Assembly (NCBI RefSeq): GCF_030684315.1
Contig: NC_081360.1
Coordinates: 9,156,599-9,220,598 of the forward strand
From: Stegostoma tigrinum
Taxonomy: Eukaryota
Reading direction: 5' to 3'
DNA length: 64,000 nt
Part shown: positions 12,491-25,774 of the stretch, piece by piece
Numbering within the stretch: position 1 is the stretch's first letter
How the letters are laid out: the number at the start of each line of letters is the position of its first letter
Made by a program: the position numbers and the translations under genes
Notes under the pieces: generated by a model
The model's input: the letters and a program-made list of their open reading frames with translations, nothing else
What the model was told of the DNA's origin: nothing
The model's database searches: none

Positions 12491-13592
12491 TGGTCCCATT
12501 CTTCCAGCCGGGAAATGATATTGCTATTTTACAATAACTGTTATCAACGAGTCAGGTGTGGAACACATCCTTTGCCTGGTATTATCAGCATCTTTTGTAA
12601 AGACAAAATAAGGAGTGTTCAACTAGCTCAGGAGGCTGAACATCACTGTGGGACACAGCATTGTCTGAGAGCTCTTGCCATCGCAGTAAGTGCAACAAGG
12701 CACCTCCACAATATCATGCTCTTTGCAAACACATCAGCTCTACAGCTGCTGAAATCCACATTCATGTCTTTGTTTCATCTAGATGTGAATGTATTAACTC
12801 ACTCCCAGGCAACTTCCCACATTCTGATATCTAGAGATCATCCAAAACTCTGACATCTGTATCCTAAACCTGACCAAAAAGGTGTTAACCTTCATCAATT
12901 TGTGTAAATCTCCTTTGCAATTTTGCAAATATCAATCAGCTCATTTCTTTTGGTTCCCAAAGTCAACAAACCTTATCTCGGAAAGTTTCCTCAGAATTTA
13001 TGTTCCTGATAAACAGGGTCACATCTGGCACTCCTTTTTTGTGCTAACTATTCTGATGCCTGAATTCTAACATGCTCCAATTCTCTTCCATTGGGCTTGC
13101 CCCACTACATTGGTTTCCAATTAAACAACAACTCAGTCTTAAAATTCTCATTATTCCTTTATCTGTGAATCTCCTCAAGCTCTACCATACTGTAAGACCT
13201 CAGCATTGCTTTAAATCTAGATTTGCAAGAACCCATGAGTTTAATTGCTCCACCATTGATGGCTGTGTCAATCACTGTATAAATTGAAAACTCTGGCATC
13301 CTTTCTCTAAATTATCAGTTAAATTCCCCCTTTCAGATACTTGTTAAAAACTCACTTGTTCATCAAGGCTTTGGTCATCTGATTTTATGTGGCCCAGTGT
13401 CATAGCTTGTTTCATGAAGGATCTGTGAAGTGCCTTGGGGTAGTTTATTACAACTATTTGTACCATTACAAGTTGTTACTGAGTTCTTCAAACAAATACA
13501 AGTCCTTTCTTTTGAATTTTTCAGTTACATGCTAGCTCGATGAACTGAACAACTGGATCAGAAAAATTGTGCGTGTGTTTTTTCAGACTTAC

Positions 13593-13725
13593 CCTTCGTA
13601 CAGGTTGCAAGATTCGATGCAAGTCCTGCCTCTACGGAAGAATCTGCAAGACAGGCACTGGTTTGGGCCTGGACCCCAGCACCCATCATCGGAGCACAAA
13701 GGGTCACACATCATCCTGTCAGAGG
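13593..13725 (-). CDS. ERBB4: ERBB4 exon 13 equivalent (Cys-rich domain IV start)
   Basis: 133 nt, ag|...|gtaagt; (T)[43 protein letters not shown](G). Confidence 0.96.
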
Positions 13726-13814
13726 CTGTGAAAGTAACAAAAATCTCACTCAGTAAATCTGCCTAGTTACACCAGTCATGACAGCCAACTATTTAATCAC
13801 CAGTAAGCAAAGAA

Positions 13815-13932
13815 TTACATATTTTTTCTTATCAACTGTTCAGAGATTTTGTTACACACCTCTGAAGCATGTGGGACTTGCACCTGGGACTCCTGGTCAA
13901 GAGACTGGGCAACTAACACTGCATCACAAGAT
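13815..13932 (-). mobile_element. tRNA-derived SINE fragment (same family as 37345-37455)
   Basis: Reverse B-box-like gggacttgcacctggg; homology to the plus copy at ~37345. Confidence 0.5.
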
Positions 13933-14759
13933 TATGTGACCTGCCTAGGGCCACTTCAACAAAAGAAAGACATGCCGTGCCTTCTACCATACTTCAACTG
14001 CATTAATGGTAAAGATCCATTCTATTTCCAATATACAGAAGGTGTGGACTTAGAGTTGCCAACTCTGATTGAATGTATCTCTGGAGGTTTCATCACATGA
14101 CTTGCCCCATGCTCCAGCCATCCTTTACCCAATACACCCACTCTCATGACCCACTGCCACAGAAGCACTCGGGCAGCACCACTATATGCAAGGACAGAAT
14201 GCCTGCAGTCCATGGTTTGCACTGTTTTTTTCAGAAGGGAGGAGAATGCTTCCCAAGTGTGGGAGGAGCCAAAACTGAGGACGAAATGTACAAAATAAGT
14301 GCTGGAGAAATTCAGCAGATCTGGCAGCATCTGAGGGGACAGAAACAGTTTCAGGTCCAGAATGGCTGAAATTTTATTTCACATTTCCAGAATCTGCAGT
14401 GTTTTGTTTTGATGACAGGCTATAAATATTAGATTGTCATTTATAAAGCCAATTGTTAAAAGAAAAACACCTTTACTCAGAGACAAAAAAATGAGAAAGT
14501 GGATGAAACAAAAAAACTTACATTTCTGAAATAAAATTAGTTGATGAGGAAAGAGGGTGCAGAATGATTTATTGAGATAAGGAAGATAAAACAGGACAAC
14601 AACCTTGGCAGATTAATTAGTTTGAATGGCCTGTTTCTGTGCTGATTAAAGATATGTCAGTGCATTGCACAGAAATATAATCACCAATTATATTCTATTC
14701 TACTTCAGCTGCAAAGGTGGGTCTCCTGTTGTGTGTGGTCATCCCTTTAAACAAAGGGA

Positions 14760-15395
14760 TGGGTTGTTAAGAAGGCATACAGTGTTTTAGCTTTTATTAA
14801 TAGAGGGATCGAGTTCCGGAAACATGAGGTTATGCTGCAGCTGTACAAAACTCTGGTGCGACTGCACTTGGAGTATTGCGTACAGTTCTGGTCACCGCAT
14901 TGCAAGGATGTGGAAGCTTTGGAAAGGGTGCAGAGCAGATTTATTAGGATGTTGCCTGGTATGGAGGGAAGGTCTTACGAGGAAAGGCTGAGGGACTTGA
15001 GGCTGTTTTCGTTAGAGAGAAGAAGGTTGACAGGTGACTTAATTGAGACATATAAGATAATCAGAGGGTTAGATAGGGTAGATAGGGAGAGCCTTTTTCC
15101 TAGGATGGTGACGGCGAGCACGAGGAGGTATAGCTTTAAATTGAGGGGTGAAATATATAGGACAGATGTCAGAGGTAGTTTCTTTACTCAGAGAGTAGTA
15201 AGGGAATGGAACGCTTTGCCTGCAACGGTAGTAGATTCACCAACTTTAAGTACATTTAAGTCGTCATTGGACAAGCATATGGACGTACATGGAATAGTGT
15301 AGGTTAGATGGGCTTCAGATTGGTTTGACAGGTCAGCACAACATCGAGGGCCAAAGGGCCTGTACTGTGCTGTAATGTTCTATGTTCTATGTTCT
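14760..15395 (+). mobile_element. Young CR1/HER1-type LINE 3' fragment
   Basis: 156-aa ORF nearly identical to the C-terminus of the 6115..7095 ORF; (GTTCTAT)n tail. Confidence 0.95.
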
Positions 15396-16427
15396 AAAAC
15401 TGACACTTGCTTTTGAAAATAACTTGCAAATGGAGTCTTCTAATGTAGGGAGGCTGTACACTGCAGCAACATATGGTTCTGGCTCACCAGGTTTACTGCC
15501 TGGCATAAGCAGATTGGAAGTATTTATAGATTGACATCCAACCTGTCTGTGTTGTAACTTCCTGCAGTCTTGCTCCATTTAAATAATATTCTGCTCCTCT
15601 AGTCTTCCATCCAAAATGTACTACCTCATATTTCCCAGTATTGTATTTCATCTGCCAAATTTTTATCCACCTGCAGCTTCTGTGTCATCCTCACCACTTG
15701 TCTTCCCACCAGTGTTTGTGTCAGCCACAAACCTGGCTATAATGCATTCAATTCCCTCATCCAAGCCATGAATGTTTACTGTAAATAACTGTGACCCCAA
15801 CACTGACTCCAGCGGCACACCACTATTTACAGATCTTCATCCTGAAAACACTGTTATCTCAAATTTCCATCTTCCATGAGTTGGTCAATCCTCTATCCAT
15901 GATAATATATTAGCCCCAAACATCAAGTCACAAGATAAACAAGATGTCAATTAAATTTACCAAGTATGCTGTTACTAATTTGGCTGTTTTACACAAGGAC
16001 TACATGTTTGTATTCAGTGACTATGTCACTCCTGCAAGAGATACACACATTCCCCATGACCTAGAGTGAACATTACTGTCCATGAAAGAGCATTGTTACC
16101 AGGGGCACATTGAGCTCCACATGCAACTTCATGCGGAATCTCTTAACTTCCCAATAAATGGATAAAAAGTGCACAACAGCTAACCAACAAACTGGTTTAC
16201 TTTTCATAAATGCATGAAGGAGTAAAATACATTCTTGACATCAATTTCCTCTTGCTTCATGATCCATGAAAATAATAAAAATCTGAGTGCAGCAGTAACT
16301 TCTATAGAAATAGACCATTTCAAGCCTGTTAATCACAAACAAAGTATTCCAGCTGCAAACAATGGCACTGCTCATGCCTAATGTGTCTCTGTTTGACTGG
16401 CCATTTAATAATTTAAAGTTATAATCA

Positions 16428-16710
16428 TATAATCCCTATAGTGTGAAAACAGGCCCTTCAGCCCAAGTCCACATCAACACTCACAGCATCACACCCAGAC
16501 CCATCCCTCTAAACTACACATCCCTGAAAACTATGGGCACTCCACCTAGTCCGCACATCTTTGGACTGTAGGAAGAAACTGGAGCACGCGGAAAAACCCA
16601 CACAGACACAGGGAGGAAGTGCAAACTCCACACAGACAGTCGCCTGAGGGTGGAATCAAACCCTGGTCCCTGGAAGCAGCAGTGCAAACTACTGAGCCAC
16701 TATGCTGCCC
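16428..16710 (-). mobile_element. HE1/V-SINE
   Basis: Reverse tRNA head (actgagccactatgctgccc, ggaatcaaaccctggtccct) and V-domain-like gcaaactccacacagacag. Confidence 0.85.
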
Positions 16711-17689
16711 AATGAGGTCTATTGCCCACTGTTAAGCCAAAGCTCTAACGTGGCCAGATTTTGCTCAGCCAACACCATCAAAATCCAAGACTGTCCACAC
16801 AATATCTGTTGCCAACCAGCTCCACATTCCATAAGAGTGTAATTCTGCAGATGCTGGAGGGTTGAAAAAAAACATATAAAGTGCTGGAAATATTCAGCTA
16901 TTCGGACAGCATCTACTGAGGATGGGATGGAGTTCACAGTTCATCTGGATGAGTGTTGGGCTGAATCTTCTGGGCCCACAGGAGGTCCGGAAAATTGAAG
17001 TGAGCAGCAGTCAGGCCTGGTAACCATCACCTTCTCGTCCACGCACTAGAATGTTCCAGACGAGAAGGACCAGGATGACATGCCTAAACTCACCTCCACT
17101 TAAATATCCTTAACTGGCTGGTTAAAGACCACCTCAAAGAATCTTCTCTTCAGGGGCAAAGTTTCTCAGCTCCTGGTGGGACAACTGACAAGTGGCTCAG
17201 CTGATAGGTAAACCTGTGTGGGCCATGTGTCAGTCAGAAGGAAAGGCCCTCATGGCACAGCCACGGAGCAGGTCAAGAAGAAGAACCGCTGAGAGTCTGA
17301 TCAGAGTTTGGGCTTCTCTCTCACCATAATAACTGCAAAGACTGCTCCTTTGACCTTAGATCACCCCTTGGTCCTGGGACACTGGGAGGAAGGGTGGACA
17401 GGGAGCAGGGTTTGTACCTGTGCCATGGGAGGGCTGAATGCCAACATTGACGATCTCTCATTGGTCAACAGCTCCAGCCGGTTTGGACACTGGCAGCAGG
17501 AAGGCCCTCTTCACTGGTGCCCTGTTCAGTGTTTGATTGGTATGAGATCCAGCCAGTACTTTCCTTGTAAGAGTGAGAATGGGCTTTTGAGCACAGTGCA
17601 CGAGACAGCAGCTAGGTTTAGAAGATTCCACCCATCAATATTGTTTCTTTCCACGGATTCTACATGAGCTACAAACATTGACTGTTGTC

Positions 17690-17880
17690 AACACAAACAA
17701 AGTTGCTGGAAAAGCTAAGCAAGTCTAGCAGCATCTGTGAAGGAGGAAACAGAGTTAACGTTTTGGGTCCAGTGACCTTTCCTCAGAAGGGTCTGTTCTG
17801 CAGCCAGGCCTGCTGCATTTGTCCAGCAAGTTGGCTTTTGTTCCTGATTTACAGCATTCACAGTTCTTTTGGTTTTTATG
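17690..17880. mobile_element. Fold-back Penelope-type mini-element (second subfamily)
   Basis: Minus core CTGAGGAAAGGTCACTGGACCCAAAACGTT (~17757-17786); inverted arms; short tgttgtc flanks. Confidence 0.65.
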
Positions 17881-18282
17881 TATTGTTGTCCAACTGGTTG
17901 CTGCACCAGATCCCACTGTGGGAATGGAAATGTGCTCGTGTCCTCATTTCTCACTCCTTTTCCAGGACAAACCTCTTTTAAGCTGCAATGCTCATAACCC
18001 TCAACCCTGTATTTTTATAAACCATCAAAAGATATTTGGAAGATGTAATATACAACAAAGTAAAATGATAAAGCAGAAAAACAGCAGGATTAACTTTAAC
18101 ATATCTCAAAGGCCAGAAACCTCAGTATCAGTATCATACCTCACCCAATATTACTCTGCAATTATTAAAATTAGACAGGGTGTAACAGTTATATTTGCTC
18201 CCAATTCTGTAAATTTTCATTTGAGTTGGTTCTGTTGAAACTATTTGCTCCAAATGCTTTTTCCCTGAGCCGTGTTACTTAC

Positions 18283-18482
18283 TGCAATTCTGTGAATTTC
18301 TGTTGTTCTTTATAACCGGTTTCTGCAAACTGGTTCTGAAGAGCACGGTCCAGTTGACTGTGTGATAATAGCACAGGTTGGGGTTGTCGGACACATACAC
18401 ATTGCCTGCGCTGATTTCCACCAAGGACTGGAAGTGAAGCGACGTTATCCACTGTTGCTTCAGAATCAGTAGTGAGATCCCA
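18283..18482 (-). CDS. ERBB4: ERBB4 exon 12 equivalent (end of domain III)
   Basis: 200 nt, ag|...|gtaagt; [66 protein letters not shown]. Confidence 0.96.
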
Positions 18483-21400
18483 CTGTACAAGGGGAGAAAA
18501 CATACACCTTGTGCATTAGAACACACAGCAGTCACATGTTACACCACCTCCCAAATTGTGACTGGCAATTTCAGAAGAAGGTGATGCCTATCAGAGAGTG
18601 CTGAGGGCACTTTACTTTCTTTTGCCCACAACTGCTCAGTCGATGCAGCCAGTAGGTCCAGCTGAATGCCCATTAACGAAGCAACTCGTGAAGCAGGTTA
18701 TTGGGGGTTAATTGACTGGGTTGATTCTAAAAAAGCGTATAGAAGTGGGCACCACGGGAACTGGGATTCATTCTTTCCCTCCCCTAACTCCATTGTAATT
18801 TCACCCCATCTCTCACTTCCTACCCTCCCTTTAATTGTCTCATTGTTGCACTGAGCCTGGTGAGCAGTAAATTGCTTTAATTTGTTAACTGGGTTAACTG
18901 GCAGTGGGTTCATTTTAAAAATAAACAAGTAAGATAGATGGAGTGGTATACCAAAGAAGCTGTAAGACTGAGTAGTCAAAAAAAACTAGATCCACAAAGC
19001 AAGTGTCTTGGCTTCGATGTCACTGGCTAGAGTCCAAATTGGCATACCTTCAGAAAATCAGTCTGCTGTCGGCAGAAATTCTGTTTGAACCATAATATCT
19101 CAACCTCCGTTTCCCCTTTGTTGCAAACATGGTCCTTTTTCAATGTGAGAAATTTTAATGCAACACCATACGTTTTGAGCTGTCAGTGTCAGCATCAGCT
19201 GATGCTTGCTTTGCCCCAAAGTCTCTCAGCTCCAGTCTCCGAAATTATCTATGTCAGTGTGACAGCACCTGGATGGCTGAGTGTTCCAATCCACCATAAC
19301 TCTGGGGCATCTTTAACACCCAGGCACCTAACAAAACTATACCCTCTTCCACACTTTCACATATCCTCAAACACTTAATCAAGTGTCAGTAATAGTGATT
19401 TCACACATAAACCTTACACTCGAGACGTTTTCCATTCCACGTGTCTTGAATTATTTTGAATCCAGATCCCAGAAATGATCATCATCAACCCTTATTTAGT
19501 CTTATTTATTTTCATGATGTGCACATTACTGGAAAGGCCATCAGTTATTGCCCAACCTTAATTAGTTGGAGAAATCAGTGCAGGAGCTTCTTTTTGAACT
19601 GATGCAATCCATCTGGTGCAGTTACTCATATGGTGATGTCAGGTGGCCCATTTCAGGACCCAACCACTTTGAAGGAATGGCAATATTGTACAAAGTTGAG
19701 ATGATGTGTGACTTAGAGGGGGTCTTGCAACTTGGGAGCCGCTGCCTGAAGTAACATAGTATTGGTGTGTATTCTTTTGTTTTCGTTTTGTTTGAAGAAA
19801 TATGGTTGTGGTAGGAAGTCCTGTCAAGAGAAAGCATTTCACTCCTACCAGTACATGTGACATTGATTGTATGTAACCACAGGATCTACAAGCCCATGGT
19901 GAATAATTGAGACGCAAAGCTGGATGTACATGGTGTGATCTTGCCTGTATTCCTTTGAGAAATGCTAAAAAAGCCCTGCAATTAAAGCAAGTACTGTAAT
20001 TATCTGAATTGCAAAAGAAAATACATATTGCGTGGAAGCTTGCAGCCATCCCATCCCACCTCGTCAGCGGCTGTCTGCATCATTATTTTAACAGCGTGTA
20101 ACAGCTTAGGGCATTTCCAAAAGGCAGCATGTCAGTTTGACATCAGACGGAGTTCTACAGGGTGGATGTGTGTTGGGGCAATGTAATGAGCTCATTCTGC
20201 TGGCCAGCTTACTAACTTGTAATTAGCTGCTCGAAGCAACTGGCAGAATGACATGGAACCTTTAGAATACGACTGTCAAGTGATCCCTTGGAGCTAAAGG
20301 TTTGTTTATTGCTTTGCCTGATCCTGATAGCTTACAGGTATCCTTCCATTAAGAAAAGCTGAAAATGAAAGGTAACATATGGAAAGCCTGTCAGTATTCT
20401 TCTCCTCGTCTTCAAATGATTAGCGTTGCCCAGGAATCACAATTTTAGGGCCTTGCCTGACAAATGTTAACGCGCATCTTTGTAATTCTCCTCTCCACAG
20501 TTAACCCATTAAATTTTAAAAAATGTTTGGAATGTTCAAAGCCTAATATTACACAGAGTAATTTCAGTATTTTGAGGGGTTTGGGAAGGCGTGGCTTAAA
20601 ATATTCTTTTAAACATTGGGCATTTATCGGCTAGTGTTCACACTCCCAGCTAGCTGTAAATGAATGGGACTGCAGGATTTTTATTTAGCTCTGTAATTTG
20701 TCCTGAGGCATGCACATAATTACAACAGATGACCAGTTGACCCTTTGTGATATTGCTCACCAGAATGAGTGCCTCCATCAGCAAGAGATTGTAATTACAC
20801 CATGACACATTTACATAGACAATTTCTATTGTTAAGCACAGACATTGAGATTCTGAATAGATAAGCTGTCAGCAGGTTTGCACGAGCATTAAAATTTTAT
20901 TGTTTTTATTGATCCATTAGCCTTTAAATTGTTAGAAAATTGTCCTCTATTTTATTGCCATACTACAGTTTGTTTCCCTTGAGTTTCAGGATCTTATTTT
21001 TCCCATGGTGCAAAATGTACAACCAATGTGGGCTTTGCCCCCAACAACTGCACTTTGACCGAGATTAAGGGCCACTGTACCACATTTGACTCTAACTCAT
21101 TCTTCCCTAGAAAATTACAAATGTGGAACCCAAGACCACCACCCTCCCACTGCTCCTTCCTCCCCATACATGTCTTCTTTTCTTCCAACATTATTTGAGT
21201 TGAAAACCATTCAAATAAGCCTCGATTTACTCCCTCTGCGTTTACTCCTTTCAACCCATGGATGATTTCCTGAGGTCCATGAGCCTGAGAAATCACTAAA
21301 TGTTACAATAATCATGTAATGGCTGACTCGGGCAACAGCTGTCCCAGTGTGAAAGAACTTACCAGGATTAACCCCAAAGTTTCATTGGAATTGAAAAATA

Positions 21401-21799
21401 GAGTGTAAAGGAGGGGTCATTGTAAAATTGATGCTCTTGGAGCACCCCTTAAAGCAAAATGATTCAGCATTCACTGTGGCTCAGCTTTGTTTGCTCATCT
21501 GGAAATTAGTCTATCACAAACCACAATGGTTTGTGGCCCCCTTAACATTCTCAGCTCTGGACTCAAGTGTAGTGTCGATGCATTTGTGAGGAAGGTCCAC
21601 ACTACATTATAACTGGGAATGCTGATGCTGATTGTGGCGGGTAGGGTAGGTGGGGGAAGGGGGGGAAGATTTGCAAAATAAACAACTCGTAAAATAATAC
21701 CTTCTATGCTCTCTATATGACACAAACTGGCTTTATGGCTAATGAGGTGTAGGTAACCGAGTTTTGACCCTGCAAGGTCCAAGAAGATCAATACGACAA

Positions 21800-22040
21800 T
21801 CTGTATTTGTGACGTTCATGCTGGGACAGGTTCCATCCAGTAACTCCCAGGAGAACCTTCCTGCTCTTCAAGTGCAGCTATGGAATTTTTATGTTCGGAT
21901 GACAGGGCAGACTGGGTCTCAGTTGAACAATTCAGTTTAAAGATAACACACCACAAAGTGCAGGATCGGAATCTCAGCCTAGATTTTATGTTGGAGTTGC
22001 TGGGACTAGGACATGAATGTTCAGCTTCTAACTTGGTTAA
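21800..22040 (-). mobile_element. Degenerate Deu-domain SINE-like remnant
   Basis: Reverse similarity to 52330-52530 (tcagcctagattttatgt, gacagggcagactgggtctcagttgaac). Confidence 0.45.
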
Positions 22041-22501
22041 AATTATTACTAATATGTCTCATATAATTATGCAATAAGCATGATGTGGGGTTGCTACATG
22101 TGGGGTGTGAAGAGAGACAACAGTAAATAGCTAAACAGGAAATAGCTCTACTTAATAATAGCTCTGAGAGCTTTTACAGGTTTTTTTTGTTAGGATATGG
22201 TGCAACATCAGCAAGGCAGCACTTGTTACTCAGCTCTAGTTGTCCTGCGTACGCTGAATAGTAAAGAGCTGGATCACCTTTGGGTCGGAATGACAAGTGT
22301 CCTTTTTTTAATGACAATCACACAGCTTTCATACTCGTCTACCACAGATGACTACATTTATTGAATTCAACTTCACAATGAGCCAAGGTGGGATTTGAGC
22401 ATGCCTCTGGATTCCTAATCCAGAACTGTAACCACTAGCCCAGTGCTTTCATGAACAAAACAGGTTGCATATAAATAATGATTATTGGTGGCCCAGCTTA
22501 C

Positions 22502-22592
22502 CTGTAAAGACTTCGACCACCTATTGTCACCAGGTTAGCAAACACGTTGAAGTCCGTCATATTCCTTGGCCAGGACTGAATATTCAAAAAAC
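22502..22592 (-). CDS. ERBB4: ERBB4 exon 11 equivalent (domain III)
   Basis: 91 nt, ag|...|gtaagc; [29 protein letters not shown](S). Confidence 0.96.
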
Positions 22593-24155
22593 CTAGAGAA
22601 AGTAAAAATTCCCAATAAACAAAATCAAAGACTCTGAGAATTCTGTTGTAGTTAATACAGGGGTTGTTCAGAAGAGGGTCCAATCTAATACTTAAGTAGT
22701 CTGTATAGTACCAACGAAAGTTTTACTCTTCCAAGACTGCCCATTCCCAACTATCACTGCTTGTAAATACTTGGTCTTAAAGCTATCCTGGTTATAATAC
22801 AGAGCTGAAATGGTAAAGGAATAGAAGTCAGTGAATACTTGGTTACACTGCAACTTCACACCATTCAGTGGTGCGAAAGATGTCTTGAAATATAAATGGG
22901 TAAGTGAATAATAATATCCTCCATGAATATGTGCCACAAAAAAACACTTCTGTAGCAGGAGTTGGAAAAAGTAAGTTCCAGTTCATTTGCACTGCCATGT
23001 AGGCTGACTGGTGTGTCAAATTGCATTCTGACTGTATCCTCCATATTCATGTAATGGTGTTCTTAAGAAAATAAATAAAACGAAATGATTTCCCATGCAG
23101 TTACTGAAGTGGAGAAAATAGTCATAGGCCATGGAATGATACAGCACATAAGGAACTTGCTCAGCTCACAGAGTTGTGCTTGTTCTGTGTAAAATCCGCC
23201 CAATTAGTCCCAACCCCTTTACTTTCCCCATTGCCCTCTGTTTCTCTGCCTTCAATGGCAGTTACAACACAGTGATTCGTAAACATTTTCTCTACAGAGA
23301 CCCGTGGACCACCCACACTGCCACAAAAAGCTCATCAGAAGGGGAAGAACAGGGGCTGTTTTTGATGAGATATCAAATCAGGTTCCAAGCTGGAGAACAT
23401 TAGTCTCATGTTAGGCTTCATGTGGTACCTGAACCTGCAGCACCCCATTCTGAGGAACGGACATTATCCGCTGAGCTGCAAGATCTGGGTGTGGTAACAG
23501 TAACATAAACATGGCTTATGAAACTCCATTATGGTTTTCACACTCACAACAACTTGCAAGTGGCAATCAGTCTGTTGTGTAGCGTCATGATTATAGTTGG
23601 GGTAGGTGTCCTCGTCTGTTCTTTTATGTGGACTTGGTTCCTGTGTTGTACATTAGTGGGTTGTACTTTGGTGGTTTGTAAAGTACACTTTGAGAGCTAC
23701 TGCCAGAGAATATCCCTCAGACAGGGTTCTTCCTGTGAGCATTAGCTTTATGTTGAAAGAAATTGAAATAAAAAATCCGATTCAGAGTATGACTGATCAT
23801 AACCCACAATTAAAAGCAAAGGCAAGATGAAAGATTCAAATATCAAGGGACATGAAGTGAAATATGTAGGAATTTAGGTGAAAAAAGGAATGCCGAACAA
23901 TATTTACTTTTGCCCTAGTAGAAAGAGTTACTGCAGAAGGACTTAGAAGTGGTTGGCACTGATAGGCTGAATTAAACACAGCAATAAGATTGTGAGGCAG
24001 GGTGAGATGAACTGTGAGATCACCAATGAAAAGGTAATTCTTTCCTTCTAGTAATAGGAGATTCATTGTGACACAAATTGCTTTTGAAAGACTGTAAAGT
24101 AAGATGTTAATTATTTAGATGGAAGAGCAGAAGAAACTTGCCCTGATTTCACTAC

Positions 24156-24229
24156 CTGTTATCTCTCGGACTGTACGGAAGACATTCAGCTTTTCTGGAT
24201 CCAACGCAGCAATATTATGATAGGGGTCA
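24156..24229 (-). CDS. ERBB4: ERBB4 exon 10 equivalent (domain III)
   Basis: 74 nt, ag|...|gtagtg; [24 protein letters not shown](G). Confidence 0.95.
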
Positions 24230-25774
24230 CTGGAAAGAAAGAAAAGCCAGCTCTGTTGAACAGTTGTCTCAAAAACCACTAACAGCAGTTTGCAATCACA
24301 TAGCACCTTCACAGCATGGACACATCTCTCGCACGTTGCTTAATTATTTGTTTGGTGTGGTTTAAATATAAACAAGCATCAATAGTGCTTTCTAGAAAGC
24401 CATATGACCAAAAATGTTGACAGCTCAAAAACAGTCTTCAGTATAAGCTTCAACATGTGAAAACAAAGAATTAGACTATAAGTGCATGGAAAATGGGCGA
24501 GTGACTCAAGGGTATACTTGATGTTGCTTCTCCAGTATTGAAACAAAACATGTATGCAACGAACATGTTTCTTGCTGTGTAAAGGTCATTAACCTTCATA
24601 CATGAATTTCCAAAAGGTACGCTTAACATTGACCTTCTCATGCCAGAGATATATATCTGGAACTTTGGCACAAAAATAAATTTGCCTTCTAGCTCTGAAT
24701 TTTCGAAATCAGCTTGACAGGTGAATCTCTCCAGTGAAAGCACAAATTCACGTAATGTGCATGTGTGTCAGCCTTGGCTCAGCTCTCAGCACTTCTGGTT
24801 CAGAAGGCTGTGAGTTAAACAGCAGGCAAAAATTTCAGTGCGACAAGGCTGCCACATAGCCTGAGGTGTCAGTAAGACCCCTTTGGGATTTAACATTTTG
24901 CATTTATATCACACCTTTCACAAAGTAGGACATCCCAAAGCAGGCCACCAAAGAGTGATCAAATAAAGATTGACACTAACCTTGGAGGAGATTTTTGGAC
25001 AGGTGGACAAAAGCATGACAAAATAATGGGTTTTAAAGCTTCTTCAAGGTGGGAAGGGGCTTGGAGAAATAGATAGAGAGGGAGAGAGATAGGGAGAAGG
25101 AACTCCACAGTTTTGGGGCGTATGACTGCACATACTAAAGCCGACAGCAAGGATAAAGAATTTGGCAGATGGTTAAGAGGACAGAGTTGTAAGAATACAA
25201 GAATGCTGAAATCTTGGAAAAGGGGGTTACAGAACACAGTGCAAAAAAACACATCCTTTATCTTATTTTGGAGTGGAGGCTGAGAATCAGAAAAAAATGG
25301 ATATATTTTAAAAAAGGGGGACACACGAGGATCTGTCTGTAGTTTTCTAAACATTGTTACTTTTGGATTTACTACACTTAGAGGAATTAGGGCTTCCTCA
25401 GTGCCTTCAGGGCAACCTCTGTCCATAGACAGATCTTTTGATTGGCTTTTCAATTGGCATTAGTCAGTGTGGGTTCAGGAGAGCTCAGCGGATAGAAACA
25501 ATTAGCTGCATTTGGGTATTTCTGAAGAGGGATCAAGGGGTGCTCACCGGTATAATAGAGGTCATCAGAAATTGGTGAGCATGACGCGGGCTGGGGTGCA
25601 TCATCAGCCCATAAAATGTTATTTTAATTTACTAAATTTCTGTTTTGTTAAATAATCCACTAAACTGTTAATCAGAGCTTTTCTTTTTGTTGTAGTGCCC
25701 CAGCAGATGCTCTTTAACTTGTTTTCTGACTTTCTGTTTAATAGAGTAGAGAGAGCTGTACTACATTCATGCCA

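Noticed and set aside
1-13592. ERBB4 exon 14 equivalent (EFREF..C..C..C type)
   Set aside because: Not found by eye; it probably lies beyond position 1, though a diverged exon could have been missed.
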